Source: Chara braunii (taxonomy: Eukaryota > Plantae > Charophyceae). From it: 64,000 bases of DNA. This document shows, one piece after another, positions 1 to 12,639 of this stretch (position 1 is the first letter of the stretch; every line of letters begins with the position of its first letter). A program made the position numbers and the translations under genes. Under the pieces are notes generated by a model, which was not told the DNA's origin, made no database searches, and was given only the letters and a program-made list of their open reading frames with translations. Where the stretch lies: assembly GCA_003427395.1 (NCBI GenBank), contig BFEA01000011.1:3100363-3164362 (forward strand). Reading direction: 5' to 3'.

Positions 1-90
1 GGAACCCGTTTCTCAATCACAATATCGGAAAGCTACACGCTTACTGACTTCTCAATACTTTTTGCTTTCTTGTTCCCTTGAATTCTTCAG

Positions 91-138
91 GTTTTTTATA
101 TGGGGGAGCGTTCACATATCCCTGCAAATTTTGACGAG
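91..138 (+). CDS. EFR3: EFR3-like exon ([16 protein letters not shown])
   Basis: ttcttcAG acceptor, GTatgc donor, 48 nt, phase 0/0. Confidence 0.85.
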
Positions 139-233
139 GTATGCATGTTTGTCGTACCTTGATGTATCAAACTGTGTTGTCAAGTCCCTTCCACCGTCTC
201 CCCTAACCTGCTCACGAGTGTGCATTTGTTTGT

Positions 234-304
<71 letters not shown>

Positions 305-1565
305 ATCACCACCACAAGGTCCACAACTGCTCGCATGTGTGTGTGTGTGTGGGTGGGTGGGTGTGTGGGGGGGTATACTATCACCACAGCAACCATTCAC
401 ATTTGTGTGTGTGTGTGTGTGTGTGTGGTATAATATCACCACAACAACCCACCACAACAACTGCTCGCATGTGTGTGTGGGGGGGGTGGGTGGGTGGGTG
501 GGGGATGGGGTGTATACTGTCACCACAGCAATCGTTCACATTTGTGTGTGTGCGTGTGTGTGTGTGCGCACACATGGTTACGAGTCAGAAAAAGAGAGAG
601 CTGTTCACTAGGTGTAGGCTTCCCCTCCTTGGGAGGTGCAGGTATTGACCATGCTTTGTCTTGTTCCTTTTGGAAGTTTGATTACTTGATAACCCTCTCT
701 CCCTGGGTGGTGGGTCTTCTTTCCCTCGCAGATGTTGTCATCCCTCATGGCGACGAATTTCAGGGAGCGTTTTCTTCAGCTTTTTTGTGTAACTGTTTTC
801 AACTTTCTGGGAAGCAGATTGTTAGTGAGTCTCTTCTTGTTGTCGAACTTTCATTAGTGAAAGAGGAAGAACAATGTAATAATTTCATGCAAAAGAGATT
901 TGCCTTGACTTGCCATCGTGGTGCTTGTTACTCGATCTCGCCGGTGGTGTTTTGCTTGGCACATTTGAACGGTGTTCTGACGGTGGGCGCTATTCCTTTC
1001 ACGCGTTTTGTTTTGCAGATAGTAAATGCAACTCTGGATAATTACAAGGTGTCGATCTCCGATGCCGATATCAGTATTGACATTCCTGCCGAGCAAAGCC
1101 GTGCAACTCCATTACATCCCCAGACTCGACAGCCTAGTCAACATGTGAGGTCGAAGTCGTTTAGTCAGGCGGTCGGGGAGGGTGTCGGCGGGATCGTAAG
1201 GGGCGCCATGGAAAAGCTTTTGTTACACAAGGACCAGCTAAAGGTGGACCCGGGAAGTCCTGAGGGATTCGCATTACTGTGTCTTCAAAATATGGCACGG
1301 ATGGCAAGGGAGGTAAGAGAGTGCTGGTTAAGGGATAAAAAGTATTAAAAACAGTTTGCTTATGGTGTGTTTTCTGTCTTGTCGTCTTCGTCTTTGTTTA
1401 TGTTGAGCATTGTGTGGCCCCTTTTCTATGCTATTTTTTGAACTGTTTTCTATCTTGTCCTCTTTGTCAATGTTTATGTAGAGAGCATTGTGGGAATTTG
1501 CGGCAGCCCTTTTTTTCTGTTTTTTTTTTTTTTTTTCCGGAATTCTTTTCGTCTTTTTTAAAGGT

Positions 1566-1641
<76 letters not shown>

Positions 1642-2115
1642 GGGTTGGGTGAGGGTGGGGGGGGAGGGGTTGTAAAATCTTACCTGTTGTGATCTGATCT
1701 AAAGTTGACCTGGATAGGTAAACCCTCGAATGGCCCAATTTTTGTTGTCGTCCATTCCAAGCGGTAGTAGCTTTCCTTTTGTCCATCTCGGATATCTCTG
1801 GATTGTGCACTCTCATTGCAATCGAGTTCGCACATATTCAATTATCTTTGTGTTTGCTTTTTGCACTTGGCTATTTCTCAGTTTTATGCGGAAGGTCCTT
1901 GTTCATCTTGCATTCATCATGGCCCCCTCGTCGATATCGGGCTTCTCTTGGAGGTGCTGCTACGGAGTGCCTGCTGGCTTTATGCGTGTGCACACATGTG
2001 CCTGTTTCATTGCTTTGTTGTTTGTTTTTTCCACGTTCCATTTTGCGTTGTGCCTCAGGTTGCTTCTCCGTTAATTCAGCAAATAAGTTGAAATGACGTC
2101 TTTCTTTTTGTTTTG

Positions 2116-2164
<49 letters not shown>

Positions 2165-5100
2165 GTGCTGTGTACGTCAGGTTGCCTCTCGATTAATTCG
2201 GCAAGCAATGTTGTCTTTTTGTTGTCTTCACACTACATGCAGGGTTTTCGCTGATCTTTTCTGCGGCCGGTTTTATCAAACGCGTGTTGTTGTTTTTCAG
2301 GCGACTACTGCGAAGAGGGTGTTGGATCCTGTCTTTCGATATTTCGACAGCAATAAGCATTGGGTACGAAAAAATTATGAAATTTCTACGAACGCTGTGC
2401 GTTAAACTTGATAATAGTAACTTTGAAATATTGATTCTGTAACATGTCTTCTGCCCAAAGCACCGCCGGGGACTGAGAGGAACCTACTATGTCGTCGAGC
2501 CTATCGGTTTTTGAAAACCCAGAGCAGTGAACCTTAAAGGTTTTGGGCCTGCCGGGTCTCAGCATGGGCCAAGATGAGCATAGTTTTCATGCTAGGATTT
2601 TTTGTTTTTTGCCATCCCGATTGTTTGATTTTTTTTTTCTTTTTTTTTTTGTCCCCCGAATCGATTGGCTTTCCTGAATTTTCCCAGATTTTTTTATTGA
2701 ATAGAGGAGGATTGACTGTCAGATAGCTCGTGCCTCTAGGTTCCTCTCAGTCCCAGCATGGGGGCAGCATGAGCGGGGTTTGCCGTAATATCGTGAGCAT
2801 CAAGAATTGTGGTGGAAGCGTAGGCTTTGATCCTTGTGTAAGAAAGCTGTTGAACTTTGCTGTGATAAGGGAGGGTCACACTGCAGAGCAACTCTCATCA
2901 GAGAATCTGCTGAGTCTGTTGCGTCTCATGTGAGGCCTGGTACCTTGTCACCCTGTTCCCTGCCAAGTCTTCCATCTCAGCATGTTGTCGACAATGTTCG
3001 CTATCTTGTTCCGCAGTAGCCAGCCCTTGTAGACGGCTCTCTTTTTTTTAACTTGAACTTCTTCTCTGGTTGGAGCTTTGCTGTGATAAGGGAGGGTCAC
3101 ACTACATAACAAGTCTCATCAGAGAATTGGCTGAGTGTGTTGTGTCTTACATGAGGCCTGTTAGTATTGTCACCCTGTTCCTGCCAATCCTTCCATTCAG
3201 CATGTCATCCTCAATGCTCACTATCTTTCCCCTCCGCAGCCAGTCCCTGTCGAAGTCTCCACCTGTGCCAGAGTCCAATTTCCCAACAGTAGCCAGTCTC
3301 TGGTTGAGCTTTGTTGTGAGCTTAATAGCACTCCACCTGCGCATTCCCCACCATCCTGATCAGTGAGCAGTTACCGAGGACCAAACTTCCTCCTTTTCCG
3401 TAACCCCTCTTTGTCGATGGTCTGTGCACGCACCCGTTTCCATACGACCCACAATGCCAGTTTCCTGAGCAAATGGAACCAAGTTGATTTGATGCTCTTC
3501 AGGGTACTGGGAAGGTTAACAGCTAGCAAGATAGGGATCGGGTGGTAGCGGGAGGGTGGGAGGAAAGAGGGACGCCCGAAGCCCTTTTGACCTTGTCCCA
3601 GACCCAAGTTCCCTCACTGCAGGCTAGCAGGCAGTGGATTTTTCTCTCTCAGCCTCTCAGGTAACTTATGCGAGGACATCCAGTGGATATCGGTGCTGGA
3701 GAGGGAAACCAACCCAGCAAGGATTAAAGGGTGACAGTCACGAATCGATGGCAAAGAGCGCGGTTTCCTCGTATTGTGAAGCCATTGATTGAGCGGTGGA
3801 GTTGCGTACGCCAACAACGGCTGCAAGCTGCGGATTTTTGTGGGTTCGATCGTTAAATACATTTTCCAAGGGATAATGATCATGGAGCGAGCGTCCAGAT
3901 TAAGAATACATCTACATCTCTTCTTGATTTCCGGGTTAGGATGGTCGGTTTTGGGTCCAAGTTCATCGTACCTGAACTTGGCCTCGCATTCTGAAAGGGG
4001 TATTGTCTTTTTGTGAGCTTTCTGAGTTCGTTGCAATTCTTTCGGGTCAAATTCGATCTCAGATATATACTAAGGCCAGGATTGAGACCGTCCCACGGTT
4101 TGAGAGAGGACTCTTGTACTTTCTTATGTGGGAAAGAGTGCAGAATTTTGATTTCTGCGTTTGAAATTTGAATTGAGAACCTCTACCTTCTTCCCCCGAA
4201 TACAACGTACGGTCATTATAGCTGTATTCGAGGCATCTTTCAGTCCAGATACAGCTATAATGACCGTATGTTGTATTCGGGGGAAGCAGGTAGTTCAGGG
4301 GCATTCTGGTTGGAGGTGGGGAAGGAGACAAACTTGCCCCTGTAGCTGTTCAAAGATAGCCTCTTTCCGAAATGAAAGTCCCTAATCGGATTGGGTTGCT
4401 CTTTGCAGATAGCCTCTTTTCGAAATGATAGGCCCTGGCCAGATTGGGTTGCGTAATCAGAAGCTCCCAATCCCCTGGTTTCGATGTAAAGGCTTCCGTC
4501 AGCAATTGAATGCAGTAGTTGCAGGGGATTATAATATTAAGGTTATGGTTTTGTTGTGGTGGGAGGGAGGGGTCAACCTCTGCACTTGTGGGGTGCGCTG
4601 TGCACAAAGAACTGGTACACTGCACGGAGTACCAAAGAAGATCACAAAATTGAAAATTCCTATGCTATGTCGATGCAGGTTGCAGACCGTAAGTTTCGAG
4701 ACGGCCGTGGCAAAAAAAAAAACAGGAAAATCAGAAATAAAACAGGGTGTGGCAGTTGTGCGGCACTCCGATGCAAGCAACTTTTACGTGGGAGTAGCCA
4801 AATTCTAGTTAAAAAACAAAAAAACTTGAGAAGAAGAATTTTTTCACTTTTTTGCTCTAGGCGCTGACATTTGGTTCAGGACGTCCCATACCGACACCAG
4901 CCCGAACAACTGAAAGTGGCTGGGACGTCTCGGCCAGTAGCCCATCAAAATTCACTCATTCATTCATTCGTTCATTTGTTCATTCATTCATTCGTTCATT
5001 CGTTCATTCATTCATTCGTTCATTCGTTCATTTGTTCATGATTCATCCATCCATCCATCCATCCATCCATCCATCCATCCATTATTTATTGTGCTTTCTC

Positions 5101-8100
5101 AACTTTTCTGATATGCACAGTGCATGACACATGCGCGTTTTCAACTTTGAATGCATTGTGTGGTTACTAGTTTGTACGGTCGCTCGAATTGTAATCAATT
5201 GCTGGGGAGTTGCTGTTTTACTGCAGGTGTGGACAAGGCTGTGGTTTGCTTATTATGGGTTGTGGTTGGTGTGTGTGCATCATGGGTCAGGAGTAACTTG
5301 AGTGCAGTGATTTGGGTGCAGGTAAAAAACAGGAAGCTTCCTGTGGAGGTTATGTGGGACATTTTGGACGTGATGGAAAAGGCAATGCGCTCAGAGCTCC
5401 TGATCGCTGCCTTAGTACGCCACCTGGACAGCCGGAGCGCAGTTGAAGACCGCAGAAACAAGGTGAGTCCTGTCGCCTGTGTTCGTCGTGATTGGTCATT
5501 GAGTGGATTATTTCACAACAATGAGCTAAGTGCATGGGTGTAGTTGCTACTCCAGAAACCAGCCGCCAAAGTTACTGTGTTGGTGGTTACGATGACTTTC
5601 CAGGCGCCAGCTACCTCTAGCTGCCTGGAATGCCTTGCTGGGCGAGGTCCCGCGAAGCCCCTGGGAAAAATGTTGTTCCCCAAAACTGAGAACACTGGAA
5701 GACAAGAAAGAGCCAGGTATTGGGCTGCTTTTGGTGGCCACAGAAGCCCCCCACCGACAAAAAAGAAAAAAGATAATAAAAAAAAAGAAGAGAATACTAA
5801 AATAGTAAAATACTGGAGTTGTAAAGTGCCTGGGGGATGACCCAGGGATGCGACCCTCTGGGGGAGTCGCCCGGCTGCCCGAGCGGGTGGCCCAGGTAAC
5901 CTGGGTTGGTGTTCAGCGAGGGGTCTGGTAGTGGAAACTGCCGAGGTTTGTGGATAGCAGCAGTGCGGGTGTTTCTTGAAGGAGACACACACACACTCGT
6001 ACACTCTGGTCCGCCTTGCTTGTCTTTCTTTCTTGAACGGTTAACGTGTGTCTGCTTTCGTTTTGTCTTGCCAACGACATGCTGGGTGTCACCCATGTTT
6101 CCAGGAAGCTGTCATAGACGGTATGTGTCTTTACTGTGAGGTCTATCCCCGATATCACCTTCGCACGCACCATCTGCACTGGCTCGTAATCCAGACACAG
6201 TCCTGATCTTCTCGGGTTGCATCCACTATGGAATTTCGTCCATTCTAGCCGGACAACGAACCGATGCGAAACCTGAGGTGGAAACTAGACTACCACATGA
6301 ACTACCAACTCAGCGGCATACTAAAGGTCATCGCCACTGATGCAAGCAGTGGTGGACCAGATTTTACAACCGCTCGATGTCGCCACTTTGGATTCAACAC
6401 CATATTTACCTGTCCACAGACAAGCTACGTTGGTGCGGCATACATGGTGGCAAGAGACTCTGTTCCCTGCTGCTCTGTGATGACCCAGCTGATGCTCGGT
6501 TAGCATGTGGTTAGCATGTGATCGGCATCCCATGTGCACAACGCTGTCTGGAGGCTGCTTTATCTTGAAAATAGTCCAGAAGCTACCACAATTGGTAGCC
6601 TCCGCCCGTGTGGCGTATGGCCTCTGAGGATAGACAGATACGCTATGCTTCGTGGGAACAGCATTGTCCATGCTAGCCTTGTCTCCGTACTCTTGATGAC
6701 AGTCTTCTGTGTACTTGTCCACTAGTAGTGGTAGGAGTAGCAGCAGTAGCAGCAACAATATTAGTAGTAGCAGCATGGTAAAAGTCCTATCTAACAGTCT
6801 GTCACAGGCACCCCTTCTGTTAAGCAAATGCAAAGCACACTCAGACTTGCTGCCATCCTCATCAAGGTTTTCGACTGATAGTCTTGGCGTGAGTAAAGTT
6901 GACCATTTTTCTCAGGGGCAACAGTATTAGTAGCAGTAGCATGGTGAAATTCCTATGAGACAGTCTGTCACAGGCACCCCTTCTTTTGTGGAGTTGTGTT
7001 TAGGAAATACTAAACATGCCCTCAGACTTTATGCCATCCTTGTCAAGGGTTTGGAACTTTGGATGGGTAGTCTGCTATGATTGCAGGGTTGGCGCGAGTA
7101 AAGTTGACCATTTTTCTCTCTCAGAGTCTCAGGGGTATTGCTAACTCTGGACAATGTGGTGAGTTCTTATCCAGCAGTCAAAGCATGCTGGAAAGACTGT
7201 GAGCAGTGTGAGGTTGCAGCCTCCTGGTGAGTCAGTGAAAGTCTGATGAAATCATGAAACAGAATGGTAGAGTAAATCGAGTAATGCGTTTTTTGTGGAG
7301 TTTTGTGGAGCGAAGATGCCTCCGTGTTCATTGCATGCGGGAGCCACAGTGCCTCTGACATCTTCCTACGCCATCTGATGCAGCAAGTGCAACTGCGAGA
7401 ATTGGATGCAGTGCTCGCACAGTTCACACCCGAACTGGTCCTGTCACGGGCTGCCACTTACCGTACAGGCAACATCTGCCCCTTAGCTCATTTTACTGCT
7501 CTGAAACCCAACCCCAGACACAACAGTGCCTATACAATTGCGGTTGCATTGCCTACATGTTCCTAGCATGTGGGAGCCACGGTGCCGCTGTAATCTTTCT
7601 ACACGGTGCTATTCGATGCAGCAACTGCAACTGCAAGAATTGGATGCAGTGCTTCAACAGTTCACACCCGAACCAGGCCTGTCTGGTCGGCAGGGGTGGC
7701 CAGTCACCATAGGCAATGTCTGCTCCTCAGGTCATTTCCCTCTGTAACCCAACCCCTGACTGGCGTCTATCAGTCTGCTCTTCCAGTGGGTACTGAGGAC
7801 CCTATTAGGCTCCTCTTTCCTCTGTTCCTCTCCTTCCTCCTGTCTCTTTCGTGTCCCCCCCTCCCCCGGCCCCCTCCTCTCCCTCCCCTTTCCCTCTTCC
7901 CTCCGCACATGCAGAACTATTATATGCATACAAATGAGCATCACTAAGAGAACACACAAAGTAGAAGGTGTAGGTGTGCTGAAAAGTGAAAGGGTGTGTA
8001 CACATTCCATGTGCAAGCACAGACTTCGTGGGCCGTGCATCTCTCGGAATGCAACAATGAAATTGCCGTTTCCTTGAAATGTTACAATCTTGAAAACATT

Positions 8101-10745
8101 ACGATCATTTTACGTCCCATATATGCTTTGATAGATGATTATACGGTACGGCTGTTTCGATTTCGGATCTTCTCATCTGGGTAGAGAAAGGGGTTGTTCT
8201 GGTGACAGTCAAAAACACACGGCCATAACTATTTATGCACAGGTTCTGCAAGGGCTACTTGATGAAGCAATAAGAGGTAAGTTCAAGGAATATCACTGGC
8301 ATGCCCAACACGTCATGTAAATGACTGTTTTTTTTTCTGCATGCTCCTCCCATTGGCCTTACTCAGTCACCCCTTTCCCTTCCTCTGGCCCCTAGTCTCC
8401 CTGTGGATTTGTACCTGATCTGTGGTCCTCACGAACCACCATAATCTGACTGCAAGGAAGATTAGGTGATGTGCAAAAGCCATTTCACTGATCTCTTTTC
8501 TCTTTCTATCGAGTCGCTGTTTTCACTTTCCTAATTCAGTGATGTCAAGAGAGCAGTTTTGCCTGAAGTGTCTCTAACCACTTCTTCCTTTTCCTTGTTT
8601 GAATCTTGTTGGATCGTTAGATAGCTATTGTGAGAATCATTCTCAGCCTGGTGAAGAGATCAAAGACAAAGTCGTCAATCACTGAGGTTAACGTTGTATT
8701 GCAGGATTTGTCCCGACATCTTCGGCGCAGGTAATAATTTACTGATCGACTTGACCTTGCTCCCCCTCTTCTCCATCTTCCCCACCTCTCAACTTTCCCA
8801 CTCCAAACTGTCCAGCAGCTTTTTGCACTTCAGATTGTCTGTAGATCACATTGTGTCCCAAGTCGCTGACAAGCACAGACGTTTTCTTTTCTTCTTCAAA
8901 TGATGATTTAAATGATCCTTATTGTGCTGTAGCCTGTATGCCATTTTTGTTCTTCTGATATCTAGATCTATGCATGTGGGGGTAGAGTATAATGGTGGAC
9001 TACGAAGGATAGGTAATCCATTGGTCAAGTCTCGAGGGTCGACTCTCCTTATGATATCAGTCGATGAGTCTCTGAGGAAAAACTCTGACACCGCTTTCTT
9101 TTTGCTCATGCTCAAGTCCATAGTCAGTGCCAAAAAAAAGGACAAGGTTGGCGATTTGGACGGCGATTCTGGAAAGAATGGTTTTTTAACTGTTCCTCTT
9201 TAACTGTTCGTTGACTCCATACGATGAATGAGCAACGGGTTATCTAAAGCATCAGGTAGTATCGGGAGCACTTCTCACTCTTGTGGCCCTGCAAGAACGG
9301 GCTGCAAGATATTGGATCACATTTGGTCCTCCTCTAAACAGACCCAAGTTCGAATCCCAGCACGGGCAATGCAGTCTCACTTTGCAGGCAAGAATGGTAC
9401 AAACAGTGTCAAACACTGCATGGATGTTTGCCTGTGTGCCGCTTATTCTTTCATCGCAGCCTTCGATCCGTATGCTGCTTAATGTACCAATGAGCTTAGC
9501 TCAGTGCACCAGAGACTGTTGAAATACAAATCCAAGTTCAAATCCCTACACAACAAGATGACCAGAATAGTATGCTTACTTAATGTGACTGTTTGCGGGC
9601 GTGATCAATGCGAGCTGTTGAGGTGACTATGGCACAAAGTACATCCCTACTCTCGTTCCCCTCTCACCATCCATATCGTCCTTATTGTGCCTGCCGCTTC
9701 TATTGCCATTGTCCGATGAACACTTGATGCTGGTACTCAATCGCACAAGTCTGCGGGACCTTGCCCCTGGAAAAGAGTCACAGATGTAAAGGAAACAAAT
9801 TTTAACAAACAGAACCAGGAAAGGTTTCAGTGTCTTTCCCCTCCTCTCGCCTTCGGTGCTTCTTACCTTGTATTTTGAAGTTTCTCTCCACGTTTGCTTC
9901 TGCAGATGCGCTGTTGATTCATGTCTTTGTGACAATATATAACTCCAGCCCATGTTGGCTGTTTGCACCATTTGTCTAAAGCTCATGGATTATCTGCTGT
10001 TTGTGTTGCTTTGCGTCTGCGTTCCCCTTTCTCACACCAGTATGGAGGAGTACGAGAAGCTTCTTGAGACTGGCACCAATGGCAGGTATACAGAGGCAGC
10101 CAGAGAGGACCTCGAGGAGCATTTGGAGTTACAGAGCAGCATTGAGGATTGTCTCGCGGAGCTTGTGAAGAAGGTACGTTGCATAACCGTCTTGGCTTTG
10201 CTTTATCGTCATCTGACTCATCTGTGAAATGGGGTCCATTTTTATAGATATTATCATATTTTTGGATATAGGACCCTTTCTCCACGAAGTGGGCGATATT
10301 GACTGTAGCCTTATTATCAGACACTTTCTTAGATCCCTTCCCGATTCAAATAATTAAATTAAATTATTAAATTACATTGCGGGTACTACGGATCCTCTGC
10401 GTTCCACCTTTATTGGTGGACTTCACGGGTATTACTTAAAGGCGGTGTTGTAACGAGATGTTGTTTCACCTGCTGTCCCCAATTAACTGGGTAATCTGCC
10501 TCTTACAATTCAAATTTTAAACCTGTTGAGGCTGTTGTGATATTCCTTCTGATAATCTGATTCATAAAAGCCCCAGTGCAAGAGCGCCAACATCCCTGTA
10601 CATTTGTCCAATGCTGCCAGGTCGGTGTCTCTGAAGCCTCACACCCGAGAAGACCTCAGTGCAACCACCCCACTGCCTCCGTACTTTGTGGGGCAATATC
10701 ATGACAGTGCTGTGTGCAGGATTGCCTGCCTGCCTGCCTGCCGAC

Positions 10746-10814
<69 letters not shown>

Positions 10815-12571
10815 TGTTGCATACTAGTGAATACTTCACCAAGTATGGGCAGAACCAAAGATCAACCAATATAGGATGAGCATGTATGCAGCGGAAGTCT
10901 GAGAAATGGACTGACTCACATAGACTGAACTCATCCAGATATCACTCAACACACAAGCAATCGTGAGATGGTGGGGTCTCAAGACAATCATGGACGATGC
11001 TCAGGCCCCGTACAACCATACACGGATGAAAGGTGGGAGGAGAGACGATGGAGGTGGGAGGTATAGGCAGCGCCAGATGTCACCGAGATAGAATCCAGTA
11101 GGTCACTGATATGGTAGTCCAAAATGTCATCGAACAAGATCAGAATGTCGTGGACGATAAGTCACCAATGTCGGAGGTACAGAGTCCTAATGTAACCAGT
11201 GTCCAATCGGTGATGCCGCCGAGTATCTTTTTCCAAACACCTCCAAGGTCTCGAATCCGGTAAGTATCACAGCCTCTTACCACCGAAGTCCAAACACTGA
11301 TCTCTGTCCAACTCGTATCAAAGTCTCCAGTCTGACGAAAGAAGAAGAAGAAGAAGAAGAAGAAGAAGAAGAAGGTTGAAGGAGAAGTCTGAAGAAGAAG
11401 AAGAGGAAGAAGGAGAAGAAGATGGAGAAGGGGGAAGGAGAAGAGATGGCAGAGCAGGGATGGAGATGGCTAGTAGCGCCAGGCCCTACCTGATGGAACA
11501 AGGTGGCACCTTGGCTGCTGCAGAAGACGGCTGAGCGGCTGGTAGCTATGGCGCTCGTAGCTGCTGGTCAGGTAAGTCTCCCCTCCTCGCTCTCCCGTAC
11601 TGCAGTGCGCTAAACTTAGCGCTGCAGTTCCAGCGCTGCGCTGAACTCAGAATAGCGCAGCGCGGTCGCTCCTCAATGCCNNNNNNNNNNNNNNNNNNNN
11701 NNNNNNNNNNNNNNNNNNNNNNNNNNNNNNNNNNNNNNNNNNNNNNNNNNNNNNNNNNNNNNNNNNNNNNNNNNNNNNNNNNNNNNNNNNNNNNNNNNNN
11801 NNNNNNNNNNNNNNNNNNNNNNNNNNNNNNNNNNNNNNNNNNNNNNNNNNNNNNNNNNNNNNNNNNNNNNNNNNNNNNNNNNNNNNNNNNNNNNNNNNNN
11901 NNNNNNNNNNNNNNNNNNNNNNNNNNNNNNNNNNNNNNNNNNNNNNNNNNNNNNNNNNNNNNNNNNNNNNNNNNNNNNNNNNNNNNNNNNNNNNNNNNNN
12001 NNNNNNNNNNNNNNNNNNNNNNNNNNNNNNNNNNNNNNNNNNNNNNNNNNNNNNNNNNNNNNNNNNNNNNNNNNNNNNNNNNNNNNNNNNNNNNNNNNNN
12101 NNNNNNNNNNNNNNNNNNNNNNNNNNNNNNNNNNNNNNNNNNNNNNNNNNNNNNNNNNNNNNNNNNNNNNNNNNNNNNNNNNNNNNNNNNNNNNNNNNNN
12201 NNNNNNNNNNNNNNNNNNNNNNNNNNNNNNNNNNNNNNNNNNNNNNNNNNNNNNNNNNNNNNNNNNNNNNNNNNNNNNNNNNNNNNNNNNNNNNNNNNNN
12301 NNNNNNNNNNNNNNNNNNNNNNNNNNNNNNNNNNNNNNNNNNNNNNNNNNNNNNNNNNNNNNNNNAAAACAACCATCCACTGATTTTTTTTTAAAATCTG
12401 AGTTGGGGACTGTACTGCGCTTGCCGAGTAGAGTCCAAATCCGCTGAGAAACTTTTTGGGATGGGGGAGGGGTATGGGGGGCTTGGGGTTGGAGCATACC
12501 TGTGGCGCAAGTGTGCTGGTCACCAATGCACAAAAAAAAAAGAAAAAACGGCTGTTATGTGTGAGAAGACG

Positions 12572-12639
<68 letters not shown>

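Noticed and set aside
62-648. ORFs rich in CV/HT/TH (and similar ER/LS/poly-K/poly-F ORFs elsewhere)
   Set aside because: Translations of microsatellites and homopolymers
6230-6500. LRW...IATDASSGG resembling a DIRS/LTR RNase H motif
   Set aside because: Only a 4-residue motif; no supporting RT or recombinase frames that I can recognise
10850-11680. LTR/PBS fragment next to the gap
   Set aside because: Only weak PBS-like tggtaagag on the minus strand; truncated by Ns and no second LTR or coding support
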